Assembly (NCBI GenBank): GCA_965223845.1
Contig: CBDCXR010000004.1
Coordinates: 384,001 to 448,000 of the forward strand
Reading direction: 5' to 3'
DNA: 64,000 nucleotides
Origin: Planctomycetota bacterium
GTDB lineage: Bacteria; Planctomycetota; UBA8108; SXIK01
Shown: in pieces, positions 18,532 through 27,489 of the stretch
Numbering within the stretch: position 1 is the first letter of the stretch
Layout: each line of letters starts with the position of its first letter
Notes under the pieces: generated by a model
What the model saw: the letters and a program-made list of their open reading frames with translations, nothing else
Told to the model about the DNA's origin: nothing
Database searches by the model: none
Made by a program: the position numbers and the translations under genes

Positions 18532-21444
18532 TCAATCCACGTAGACGAATTCGTTTGAGCAGTAAAGAAGCCGGCAAAGACCGGTGAGGCCCTTCTCTGG
18601 CGGCGAATCATCGAGGAAACGACGCATTTCGCTGCGCTCCTCGTCGCTCGGCGTCCGCGCGAGAGCGAGGACGAAGGCGCGTTCGATCTGACGGTCGCGG
18701 TCGTCACCGGCATCCGCCTTCACCCGCGCGGCAAAGTGTTCAGCCTCCTCGTTCACGAACTCGCCGTTGTAGAGCGCGAGTGCCTGGAGCGCGGTGACGG
18801 AGGCTCGCCGTCGCGGACGAGATTCATCGCAGACGAGCGCGTCGAAGGTCTGGAGAAACGGCATCGTGAGCGTCCGTTGCTGGTAGATATAGATGCTCCG
18901 CTTTCGCCCGCGCTCGTCGTAGTCGGTCGCCCACTTGCTCGCCGAGTACTTCACGCGCTCAGCGATATTCTCGGGGAGCGGCGGGAAGATCGGGAGTCCG
19001 TACGACTCGGGGTTGAGCCGTCCGCTTACCGCGAGGACACTGTCTCGCACCGCTTCCGCTTCCAGTCGGCGCCGCCGAAACCGCCAGAGGAGCCGGTTCT
19101 CGGGATCGATCGTCGCGGCCTTCGCGTCGACCCGCTGAGAAGTTTGGCGGTACGTGCTCGACGTGACGATGAGCCGGTGCATCGCCTTGAGGCTCCACTT
19201 CGCCGCGACGAACTCGCCGGCGAGCCAGTCGAGGAGCTCGGGATGCGACGGGCCGCCGCTCAGCTTCCCGAAGTCGCTCGGGGTCGCGACGATGCCGCGG
19301 CCGAAGTGACGGTACCAGAGGCGATTCACCATGACGCGCGCGGTGAGCGGGTTCTCCGGACTCGCGATCCAGTCCGCGAGCGCCATGCGGCGGCTTCGCG
19401 TCGGCCAGCGCTTGAACGGATCGAGACGAATCTTCGCCGGCTCCTGGTTGCCGGTGACGCAACTCGGAAATCCCGCCTCGACGATCTCACCCGGATTGTC
19501 GTACTCGCCGCGAATCATTACCCGAGTCGTCGGCACACCGGGTTCATACGGGGGGCCGTAGGAGTGCCGGAGCGACATTGCGAGCGGCTCGAGTCGCTTC
19601 AGGTGTTGAGGAATGAACCGCTCTCGCGTCGAGAGAAAACGGTAGCGACGGCTCTCGTCCTCGCTGACGACGCTGCGATCGTCGAGACGGCTTTCGATGC
19701 CGTCGTCTGCCCCGAGCGCGGTCGGGTAGACGAACGTCGAGATGAACTTCCCCCTTCCGGCACCGACTTCGAAGCCGTAGCCTTCGCCCGTGTGCTCGAC
19801 CGAGTACACCGCGGCGAGGCTGCCGGTGCGATCGCGCAGAAACGAGGCGCTCTTTGCATTCGCGCGGAGGTAGTCTCCTTCGAATCGCACGGCGGGTGCG
19901 TCCACGGCGCCGAGCGTCGCGACGCGCGGCTGGAGTTTCGCGTCCGCCTGGCGGAGGTCGACCGACGACACTTTGTCTCGCCACGATGCGACCGCGCTTC
20001 CCGGAGCCGGATTTGGCGTCTCCGGGTCCGCATCGAGGTCCGACGCGTCGAGCCAGAAGCGAAGACCGTTTCGCGGTGGCTCGGCGCCTGCGTTCGCTCC
20101 GTTTTCGTACCTCGCGCGTACGTAGGTGCCAAACGCCGCGCGCTCCTCCTCGGAGAGAGGGTGATCGTAGATGAGGATTTCAGCGAAGCTCCCGCGGTGC
20201 TCGGCTCCGCGCGGGGCTCCGGTCCCTTCGGTGTAGAGACCGAGACCGATGTGAGCGGGGTCGGGAAGATCGCCGAACCACTGACCGCGATTCGATCCCG
20301 CGCGTCCCGCGGTTTCGCCCGCCCCGTGGCCGTCGGTGAAGAACGTCCACCTTCTGTCGGCGGCGCTGACCACCGTCCAGTGGATCTCGCCTCCGGCGAC
20401 GGGGCGGCGATCGAAGATGTAGTCGTTCCCGTCGATCATGCTCTGGATGCCGAAACCCGAGCGGGGACCGCCGAGGCGCTCGCTGAGTTGCGTCTTCAGC
20501 TCCGCGAGCTCGCGCTTGGCGTCCGTTCGTTCGCGCTCGAGCGCGGCACGAGTCGTCGCAGCCCACTCCTTCTCGCCGGTTCGGTAAAACTCCGCGGGAA
20601 GCGGCCCGCCGATTTGGAAGATGTCACCCGGCGCGGGCCGCTCGATGTTCACCGTCGAGAAGAACGCCTTCAGGCGGTAGAAGTCCTTCGTCGGGATCTC
20701 GTCGTACTTGTGATCGTGGCATTTCGCGCAGCCGACGGTGAGTCCGAGAAAGACGGACGCAACGGTCGAGGTGATCTCGCTGAGCATTTCATGGCGCGTC
20801 TCGTCGCCGCGCGGCTCCGTGAACGGTGCGAGGCGAAGAAACGTGAGGGCGACGGTGTGCTCGGCTGGCACCGCGGGCAGGTGGCCGGCTCCCATGACTT
20901 CGGCGAACTCATCGCCCGCGAGCTGTTCACGGATGAACCGATCGTAGGGCTTGTCGCGGTTGAGGGAGTCGATGACGTAGTCGCGGTAGCGCCATGCGTG
21001 GGGGAGATCGGGGTCGCCCTCGTAACCCGCGGTGTCGGCGTAGCGCGCGAGATCGAGCCAGAATCTCGCCCATCGCTCGCCGTAGCGCCGGTCGTCGAGG
21101 AGCCGGTCGACGAGCTTTTCGTACGCGTCGGGAGCTCGATCGGCGAGGGCGTCGGCGAGTTCGGCCGGACTCGGCGGCAGCCCGATGAGGTCGAGGTACA
21201 CGCGCCGGACGAGGGCGCGCCGCGACGCCTCTTTCGCCGGCTCGAGACCGTTCTCTTCGAGCGCGTGGAGGATGAACCCGTCGATCCCGTTCCGCGGCCA
21301 ATCTCTGTTCGCGACCGGCGGCGGCTCGACGGGGAGAGGCCGGTAAAACGGCCAGGGGCGCTTCTCGGGGGGTGCCGGCGGGTCGACCCCGAACGCGATG
21401 CCGCTCGAGGTGACGACCGCGAGGATCAAGGCGAATCGGATCAT
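18532..21444 (-). CDS. DUF1549/DUF1553 (PSCyt2/PSD1) protein with an inserted LamG-like domain
   Basis: YGERWARFWLDLARYADT, GLTVGCAKCHDHKYD, NPLTARVMVNRLW, PSHPELLDWLA, RRLEAEAVRDS, SNEFVYVD. Confidence 0.9.
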   Translation of the reverse strand: MIRFALILAVVTSSGIAFGVDPPAPPEKRPWPFYRPLPVEPPPVANRDWPRNGIDGFILHALEENGLEPAKEASRRALVRRVYLDLIGLPPSPAELADALADRAPDAYEKLVDRLLDDRRYGERWARFWLDLARYADTAGYEGDPDLPHAWRYRDYVIDSLNRDKPYDRFIREQLAGDEFAEVMGAGHLPAVPAEHTVALTFLRLAPFTEPRGDETRHEMLSEITSTVASVFLGLTVGCAKCHDHKYDEIPTKDFYRLKAFFSTVNIERPAPGDIFQIGGPLPAEFYRTGEKEWAATTRAALERERTDAKRELAELKTQLSERLGGPRSGFGIQSMIDGNDYIFDRRPVAGGEIHWTVVSAADRRWTFFTDGHGAGETAGRAGSNRGQWFGDLPDPAHIGLGLYTEGTGAPRGAEHRGSFAEILIYDHPLSEEERAAFGTYVRARYENGANAGAEPPRNGLRFWLDASDLDADPETPNPAPGSAVASWRDKVSSVDLRQADAKLQPRVATLGAVDAPAVRFEGDYLRANAKSASFLRDRTGSLAAVYSVEHTGEGYGFEVGAGRGKFISTFVYPTALGADDGIESRLDDRSVVSEDESRRYRFLSTRERFIPQHLKRLEPLAMSLRHSYGPPYEPGVPTTRVMIRGEYDNPGEIVEAGFPSCVTGNQEPAKIRLDPFKRWPTRSRRMALADWIASPENPLTARVMVNRLWYRHFGRGIVATPSDFGKLSGGPSHPELLDWLAGEFVAAKWSLKAMHRLIVTSSTYRQTSQRVDAKAATIDPENRLLWRFRRRRLEAEAVRDSVLAVSGRLNPESYGLPIFPPLPENIAERVKYSASKWATDYDERGRKRSIYIYQQRTLTMPFLQTFDALVCDESRPRRRASVTALQALALYNGEFVNEEAEHFAARVKADAGDDRDRQIERAFVLALARTPSDEERSEMRRFLDDSPPEKGLTGLCRLLYCSNEFVYVD

Positions 21445-22173
21445 GGTCGAGCTCGGTTCCGCTCGCTCAGGGCTCTTTCAAGTCCCTCGCCGTCGGCCGG
21501 CCCGAGGAACCTAGGCCCGTCAGCCCAGCGACTAAGTGATCTGCAACCCGCTCATCATAAGAGGCTTGTCGCGGCGCCCGCAAGTCCGCCGCGCGTCCTC
21601 GCGCCGCCGGAACTCGGTCCCCACGTTAGTCTTATCCTCGAAGCCACGCACGCGTCGCGACGGGGGTGCCTCGACTCTCTGCGCGGGCGGATTCGGTCCG
21701 GCGACGGCGGCGGTCGAGTGCTTTGGGTCCGACTGCGACTTGCGCCCGGGGGAATTCGATTCTACCGTTCGTTAGGTTCTGATACCTTGGTCGAGCGAGG
21801 TCGGCACCATGGTCGGCCCCGTTCGGGGTCGCGTCCCCGGGGCGCGACGATCTAAGCACGGCCGAACCGAAGCCGAGAACGACGGAGTGTCGGTCGGTTT
21901 CGATCCTCACGACGGAGGAGTCCTTTCTTCGCTCGGCGCGCATGTCGAGTGGATCGAACGGCCAACTTCTGCCGCGACCCGGTCTCTGCGGACGATTTTC
22001 ACCGGGTGATTCATGAACACCGTCGCGAGAGGGCGGAGAAGCCCGACGCAAACGCGATCGGATTAGACGGATCGTGCATCATTCGGTCGCTGGCTACGAA
22101 ACTTCGGGGCACCGGCCCCACGCTCACCGGGAGGGTCCCGGTAACGATCTCAACGTGTTGGTAGGGACTCGTC

Positions 22174-22530
22174 ATGTCGTCCTTTGAGGACAAGACGCTC
22201 ACGTGCGTCGATTGCGGCGCGGAATTCATCCACTCGGCGGACGCTCAGGAACGATTCTCGGAGCTCGGCTTCGCCGACCCGAAGCGCTGTCTCAATTGTC
22301 GGCGCGAGCGCAAGCGGTCCGGTGGTGGAGGCGGCGGCGGTGGTGGTGGCGAGTGGCGGTCCGGAACCGGCGGTGGCGGCGGCCACGGCGGCGGGGGTGG
22401 AGACCGCTCGCGCGGGCCGCGTGTCGAGCACGAGGTCGTTTGCGCGGAGTGCGGCGTCACGACGACCGTTCCCTTCGAGCCGCGCGGCGACCGTCCGGTG
22501 TACTGCCGCGACTGCTACCGTCGGCAGTAG
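22174..22530 (+). CDS. Zinc-ribbon / CxxC-x17-CxxC domain protein with a Gly-rich linker
   Basis: FEDKTLTCVDCG..PKRCLNCR at the N-terminus and VVCAECG..VPFEPRGDRPVYCRDCY at the C-terminus. Confidence 0.9.
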   Translation: MSSFEDKTLTCVDCGAEFIHSADAQERFSELGFADPKRCLNCRRERKRSGGGGGGGGGGEWRSGTGGGGGHGGGGGDRSRGPRVEHEVVCAECGVTTTVPFEPRGDRPVYCRDCYRRQ

Positions 22531-22645
22531 TCCCGACGCGTAGAGGTCATCGAGAGTAGATCCCTCGCGCCCGACGTTGAGGGATCCACTCTCGATCCTC
22601 AACCGAATCGTCTGCCGTCGTGCGGTCGACGACGCGCGCGAGCGT

Positions 22646-24052
22646 TTACTCCCACCAGTACTCGTGGGTCCAGTACGCGAATTGGTCGAACCCGCCGTGC
22701 GTCTGGGGCTCGTCCGACCCGTAGGCGAACACCTTGAACCGTATGCGATCGCGGACGTCCTCGGGGATGAGGTGAGCCGCGCCACGCGTGTTCTGCCAGC
22801 GGCCGAACGTTCGGTCGAGGTGAATCCACGGCGTGGCGTACATCGTGTCGACCCAGACGAGAAGCGTTCCGTTCGGCACGGTTCCCCCCCAGACTTCTTC
22901 GCGGTTCTCTGCGTTCGGATGGAGGCACAGGTTGTAGAAGCTGGCCTCCTTCTGCTTCCTCAGATACGGAACGACATCGTCGAGGAAGTCGCGAATGGTG
23001 CACGCCGCGCCCATGTAGACGATGTCCGCCGCCGGCGGATTCGGGTTCGACGCCATCCGGCGAAGCGCCTCCGAGAGCACGATGCAGCCCATGCTGTGGC
23101 CGATGAACGTGAGCTCGTACTCGCTCGGATGCCTCGCGACGAACTCTTCGAGGTGGTGGAGGAGAACGCCGAACGCGCCGGAGCCTCGCTTCGCGGAGTG
23201 CTCGCGATCGAAGGCGGTGAGGTCGGCTTCCCGGTTCTCGAACTCGCTCGGCTTGTCGAAGAGGATCATGGTGCGCCGGAGCATGTTCTGCCACGCCGCG
23301 TCGCCCAGCGTGTCGGCAACGGGTGTCGTCGCGAATTTGACGGGCGAAGTCGCGATCCAGCGAACGACCCCCCAGAAACGCGAGGGCTCCGCGTCGTCGT
23401 CGCTCGATTCGCGGACGACGAGGCCCGGCGGGAGCTCGCCGTTGCTCGACTGATCCTTAGCTCCCTCCCAGAGTTTCGCGAAGCGTGTGAACCAGCTCTT
23501 CGGCGCCTCCACCACGACGCGCCCGACATCGGCGAGGAAGTAGAAAGGAACCGCGAGGTGCCTCCACGCGGGCTTTCGTCCCTCCCGGATCGAGACGAGC
23601 TGCTCGCCGTAAGTGTTGATCGCCTCGCTGTGCCAGTTGACGAAGATCGGGAACGCACCTGCGTCTAGGATCTTCGGTGCGTCGCGAGCCGCTCGGCGCA
23701 GCGACGTCGAGAACTCGTTCAGCCCGCCGTGGACGTAGACGAGGATCTTCTTTTTTCCGGAATTCTGGATCGCCGTGAAGACCCGATCGAGATGCGCCGC
23801 GTACGCCGGCTCCAAGTTGGGGTTGTCGAGGAGATTCTGTTGATGCCGGAAGCCGTCCCGATCCGAAAACGGCGTGTTGGATCGGATCGGAATGAAGTTC
23901 CCGTCGCTATCGACGGCGACGATGTGCGGTAGGGCGCTGTCGGGGACTACGATCGCGCAAGACGCGAGGAACCCCGTGATGAGAAGAACGGCCGCTAGTC
24001 GCAGACGACCGGCGTGCCCCGCGCCGTTAGAGATGGACAGAGAAGATCTCAC
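22646..24052 (-). CDS. Alpha/beta-hydrolase-fold lipoprotein
   Basis: Lipobox LASC; ILVYVHGGLN oxyanion motif; IGHSMG nucleophile elbow; THGGFD late His. Confidence 0.75.
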   Translation of the reverse strand: MRSSLSISNGAGHAGRLRLAAVLLITGFLASCAIVVPDSALPHIVAVDSDGNFIPIRSNTPFSDRDGFRHQQNLLDNPNLEPAYAAHLDRVFTAIQNSGKKKILVYVHGGLNEFSTSLRRAARDAPKILDAGAFPIFVNWHSEAINTYGEQLVSIREGRKPAWRHLAVPFYFLADVGRVVVEAPKSWFTRFAKLWEGAKDQSSNGELPPGLVVRESSDDDAEPSRFWGVVRWIATSPVKFATTPVADTLGDAAWQNMLRRTMILFDKPSEFENREADLTAFDREHSAKRGSGAFGVLLHHLEEFVARHPSEYELTFIGHSMGCIVLSEALRRMASNPNPPAADIVYMGAACTIRDFLDDVVPYLRKQKEASFYNLCLHPNAENREEVWGGTVPNGTLLVWVDTMYATPWIHLDRTFGRWQNTRGAAHLIPEDVRDRIRFKVFAYGSDEPQTHGGFDQFAYWTHEYWWE

Positions 24053-24073
24053 AACGAACCCCCTGATTCTGCG

Positions 24074-25615
24074 TTAACGAATCGATTCCTCGGGAAGCTC
24101 GGTCTTGATCCCCTCGTCGATCGGCATCCGATCGGGAATCGCACCGGCCTCCGCGAGCAGACGTGCGAGCTCCGCCTGAAGCTCGCGCAGCGTTTCCGCG
24201 TGCGCGGGGTCGTCGACGAGATTGCGCCGCTCCCCGGGGTCGCTCGCGAGGTGATAGAGCTCCGCCTTGTGGCGGTCCGGACCGCCGTCGCCGTGCGGAT
24301 AGTGAACGTACTTCCAATCGTCCGTGCGCACTCCGCGGACGTTCGGCGTGTACGGAAACTGCTTCTCGTAGTTGTACTCGTAGAACCAGCTTTTACGCCA
24401 ATCGGTCGCCTCACCAGCGACGAGCTGCTTCCACGAGCGACCGTGCACCTTCTCGATCGGGGGGGCGGAGCAGATCTCGAGAACGCTCGGACAAACGTCG
24501 ATGTTGAGCACTTGCTCCTCGACCACAGTGCCCGCTCGTACGAGCGGTGGATACCGAACCAGGAGCGGGACTCGAATGCTCTCCTCGTGCATCGTCCGCT
24601 TGTCGATCATGCCGTGCTCCCCGAGAAGGAAGCTGTTGTCTCCGGCGAACACGACGAGCGTGTCGTCGAGCTCACCGAGCTCCTCGAGCGCGGCGTAGAT
24701 GCGCCCCACGCTGTCATCGACGCTCGCAATCGTCGCGGTGTAGGCCTTCACGAACTGCTCGAAAACTCGGACGCCTTCGGCGCTCGTGTCGGGAAACTCC
24801 TTCCGGAAGCCGTAGAGCGGTCCGTAGATTCCGTGCCACGTCGCGAGCCGTTCGCGAATCCAGTCGGGCTTTCCCGCGAGGTCGAATCCGCTCTGAGGGT
24901 AGGGGACCATGACCCGGTCGAACACGGTCTCGTACTTCTTCTCCGGGACGAACGGCCCGTGTGGGGCCTTGTGCCCGATCATGAGCAGGAACGGTTCATC
25001 ACCTTCGCGCGCTCGGAGCCAATCGACCGCCACGTCCGTGATCCGCGACGTGTAATAGCCCTTCAGCACGCGGCGAGTTCCGTTAACGTTGAACTCGGTG
25101 TCGTAGTATTTCCCTTGTCCCTTGTGCGAGACCCAATAGTCGAATCCCGGGCGACGCTCATCGTCCTGCTCGCCCATGTGCCATTTCCCGATATAGGCCG
25201 TCTCGTACCCAGCGGCTTGAAGCCGGCGGGGGAAGCTCGGCAGGTCATTCGGGTAGTCCGTGAAGTTGTTCACGACTCCGTGGGTGCTTGCGTAGAGCCC
25301 CGAGAGAAATGACGCTCGACTGGGCGAGCAGAGCGACGTCGTCACGAACATGTTCGCGAATCGCGCGCCCTCGGCGGCGAGCCGGTCGAGGTGGGGAGTC
25401 TTGAGGAAGGGGTGCCCCTCGACGCTGAGACAGTCCCAGCGCTGATCGTCCGTCAAGATGAACACGACGTTCGGGCGAGGCGCTCTCGGGGCGCGGCTCC
25501 GGAAGAGCTCACATCCGGGAAGGGCGAGCAGCAGGAAGAGCAGGATGGTGAGGTCGCGCGCGAGTGCTCGAGGGCGATGCGGGCGAGCGCGCGCAGCTTC
25601 GAACTTCTGGTTCAT
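24074..25615 (-). CDS. Sulfatase (formylglycine-dependent S1 family), probable lipoprotein
   Basis: [43 protein letters not shown]; lipobox LPGC. Start set at ATG 25615 (ORF track gives 25663). Confidence 0.92.
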   Translation of the reverse strand: MNQKFEAARARPHRPRALARDLTILLFLLLALPGCELFRSRAPRAPRPNVVFILTDDQRWDCLSVEGHPFLKTPHLDRLAAEGARFANMFVTTSLCSPSRASFLSGLYASTHGVVNNFTDYPNDLPSFPRRLQAAGYETAYIGKWHMGEQDDERRPGFDYWVSHKGQGKYYDTEFNVNGTRRVLKGYYTSRITDVAVDWLRAREGDEPFLLMIGHKAPHGPFVPEKKYETVFDRVMVPYPQSGFDLAGKPDWIRERLATWHGIYGPLYGFRKEFPDTSAEGVRVFEQFVKAYTATIASVDDSVGRIYAALEELGELDDTLVVFAGDNSFLLGEHGMIDKRTMHEESIRVPLLVRYPPLVRAGTVVEEQVLNIDVCPSVLEICSAPPIEKVHGRSWKQLVAGEATDWRKSWFYEYNYEKQFPYTPNVRGVRTDDWKYVHYPHGDGGPDRHKAELYHLASDPGERRNLVDDPAHAETLRELQAELARLLAEAGAIPDRMPIDEGIKTELPEESIR

Positions 25616-25672
25616 CTCGGTGTCCTTCGATTCGCACCCCGGACGCGATTCGCCGATTGCCACGTCGACTTT

Positions 25673-26203
25673 CTACGAGCTCGCGGGCGGATTCCCCTCG
25701 CGCTTGGAACGAAAAAAATCGGTCAAAATACGCCCGCATTCCTCGGCTCGTACTCCTCCGGCGACGAGGGGGACGTGATTGTTCCGCGGGTGCGCAAGGA
25801 TCTCGTGGACCGACGTGTGAGCGCCCGCCTTGGGGTCGAGCGCACCGTAGCACACGTACGGCAGACGCGCGAGAACGATCGCACCGGCACACATGGCGCA
25901 CGGCTCCAGGGTGACGAAGATCGCTGCGTTCGTGAGGCGCCAGCTCTCGTAGTGAGCGGCCGCTTGCGTGATCGCGAGGACTTCGGCGTGTGCGGTCGGA
26001 TCAGAAAGGAGCTCTCGTTGATTGTGCGCGCGCGCGATGACGCGGCCGGTCGGGATGTCGACGATGATCGCTCCGACCGGCACCTCGTCGCGCTCCCGCG
26101 CCCGCGCCGCCTCTCGGAGCGCGACGTCCATCAGACTTTCGGGCGAATGGAGCTCAAAGAGCGCTAGGAGTTTCGCCTCGAACGACACTCGCTGTTCCTC
26201 CAC
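25673..26203 (-). CDS. tadA: tRNA adenosine(34) deaminase
   Basis: EVPVGAIIV, DPTAHAEVLAI, TLEPCAMCAGAI, YGALDPKAGA, LTDFFRSKR. Confidence 0.92.
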   Translation of the reverse strand: MEEQRVSFEAKLLALFELHSPESLMDVALREAARARERDEVPVGAIIVDIPTGRVIARAHNQRELLSDPTAHAEVLAITQAAAHYESWRLTNAAIFVTLEPCAMCAGAIVLARLPYVCYGALDPKAGAHTSVHEILAHPRNNHVPLVAGGVRAEECGRILTDFFRSKREGNPPASS

Positions 26204-26904
26204 TTGAACTATTGCTGACGAACGAGGCGGGATCTCGCTGACGGGGTCCGTCGATTGAGCGGCGATTGGAGCGCGAGTATTACTGCACGGAGAACTTTCG
26301 ACTCGTTCATGAAATCCTCGCTTTTTTCATTGGACTTAAAGCTCGGAGAAATCTATACATTGCGCTTTCAAGTAACGTAAGCTGCGTGCAAGGATGCGGT
26401 TTGCGCAAGCCGGCCCGGTGATCTTGGGGCGGCGATGTCGGCCCGGCGATATCTGCGCTACGAATCGATTCGCGTCTTGCCTTTCGAGTTCGTCCCGAGC
26501 GATGGGTTTTCTCCCATCGGAAGAACCGATCGGGACGGATCCGTCCGGACGAGTCATTTTCCCCAGCCCGTCAAGAATCGCGAACACTTGTCGTTCGGAT
26601 GGGTTCCGCGCGAAAGGCGCTCGAGGCCGAGGTCGCGAGGGAAAAGCGCGGTTTCACGAGAGTGCACAGCGGGTGAAGCTGTGGGGTGGCGCCGTGATGG
26701 GGGGGGCTGAGTGAGGAGCTCAGAGTGCGTCGTGGGCGGCGTTGCTGGGCGGTCGACCGACGAGCGTCGGTGTTCCCAAGGCCCAAGCCGACGGAGACCG
26801 CCACCGTGGGGAGTCGTTCGCCGGGGGCAATTCATCGCGCTGCGGGAGTCGGCTTCTGCAGTGTATCCGGCGGGGTAGTACGACTTGGTCGAAGGAGTGC
26901 ATCT

Positions 26905-27390
26905 ATGGCGAAGAGTTCACTGGAACAAGCTCTCGAGGAGTTGAAGGCGGAGCGAGATCGCATCGATTCAGCGATTGAGACTCTCGAAGGCGTCATCGGA
27001 TCGGTCGGCGGGGCGACGAAGGCGAAGCGCGGTCCGCGCGTTGCCAAGGGAACGAGGAAGAAAGCCGGCGCGAAGCGTGGAGCCAAGCGGCAGCCGCGCG
27101 GCGCGATGAAGGCCAAGCTCTACGAGATCCTCGGTGCGGCGAAGAAGCCTCTCGCCGTTTCGGAAGTGAGAGATCGGTTCATCGCTGACGGCTATCCGTA
27201 CAGCACCCCGCAGGTCCTCTACACCGCTATCTTCAATTCTGCGAAGACGGATCCCGGCGTGATCAAGACCTCGAAGGGGCTCCGCCTCCGTGCGGGCGCG
27301 AGCGCCGAGCCGAGAAAGTCGGGCCCGAAGAAGAAGGCGGCGACGAAGAAGAAGGCGGGGCGCCGGAAGAAGGCGAAGCGTCGCGGCTAA
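26905..27390 (+). CDS. Basic, lysine-rich putative DNA-binding protein (coiled coil + winged-helix-like core + H1-like tail)
   Basis: RBS GAAGGAG before ATG 26905; heptad-like N-terminus LEQALEELKAERDRIDSAIETLE; LYEILGAAKKPLAVSEVRDRF; tail KKKAATKKKAGRRKKAKRR. Confidence 0.7.
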   Translation: MAKSSLEQALEELKAERDRIDSAIETLEGVIGSVGGATKAKRGPRVAKGTRKKAGAKRGAKRQPRGAMKAKLYEILGAAKKPLAVSEVRDRFIADGYPYSTPQVLYTAIFNSAKTDPGVIKTSKGLRLRAGASAEPRKSGPKKKAATKKKAGRRKKAKRRG

Positions 27391-27422
27391 CCTGAACGGC
27401 AGCCCGGGATCGTCCCGTTCCG

Positions 27423-27465
27423 CGAAGCCGAGTGCGCGGGTCTCAGACCCGCCCGCCCGGCTTCG
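27423..27465. repeat. REP-like palindrome between convergent genes
   Basis: CGAAGCCG...GCGGGTCT-C-AGACCCGC...CGGCTTCG nested inverted repeat. Confidence 0.45.
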
Positions 27466-27489
27466 TCGCATCCGGGTCGTATCCCGCGA

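Noticed and set aside
22030-22085. c-di-GMP-I riboswitch-like GACGCAAA segment
   Set aside because: The upstream GGCAAAC segment and GNRA tetraloop/receptor arrangement are absent.
22320-22400. GGY trinucleotide repeats
   Set aside because: They encode the Gly-rich linker of the zinc-ribbon protein and are not an independent repeat locus.
26204-26904. SRP RNA, tmRNA or RNase P RNA next to tadA
   Set aside because: Signature motifs (TCAGG..GGAAG..AGCAG, tRNA-like ends, GAGGAAAGTC) were not found on either strand.
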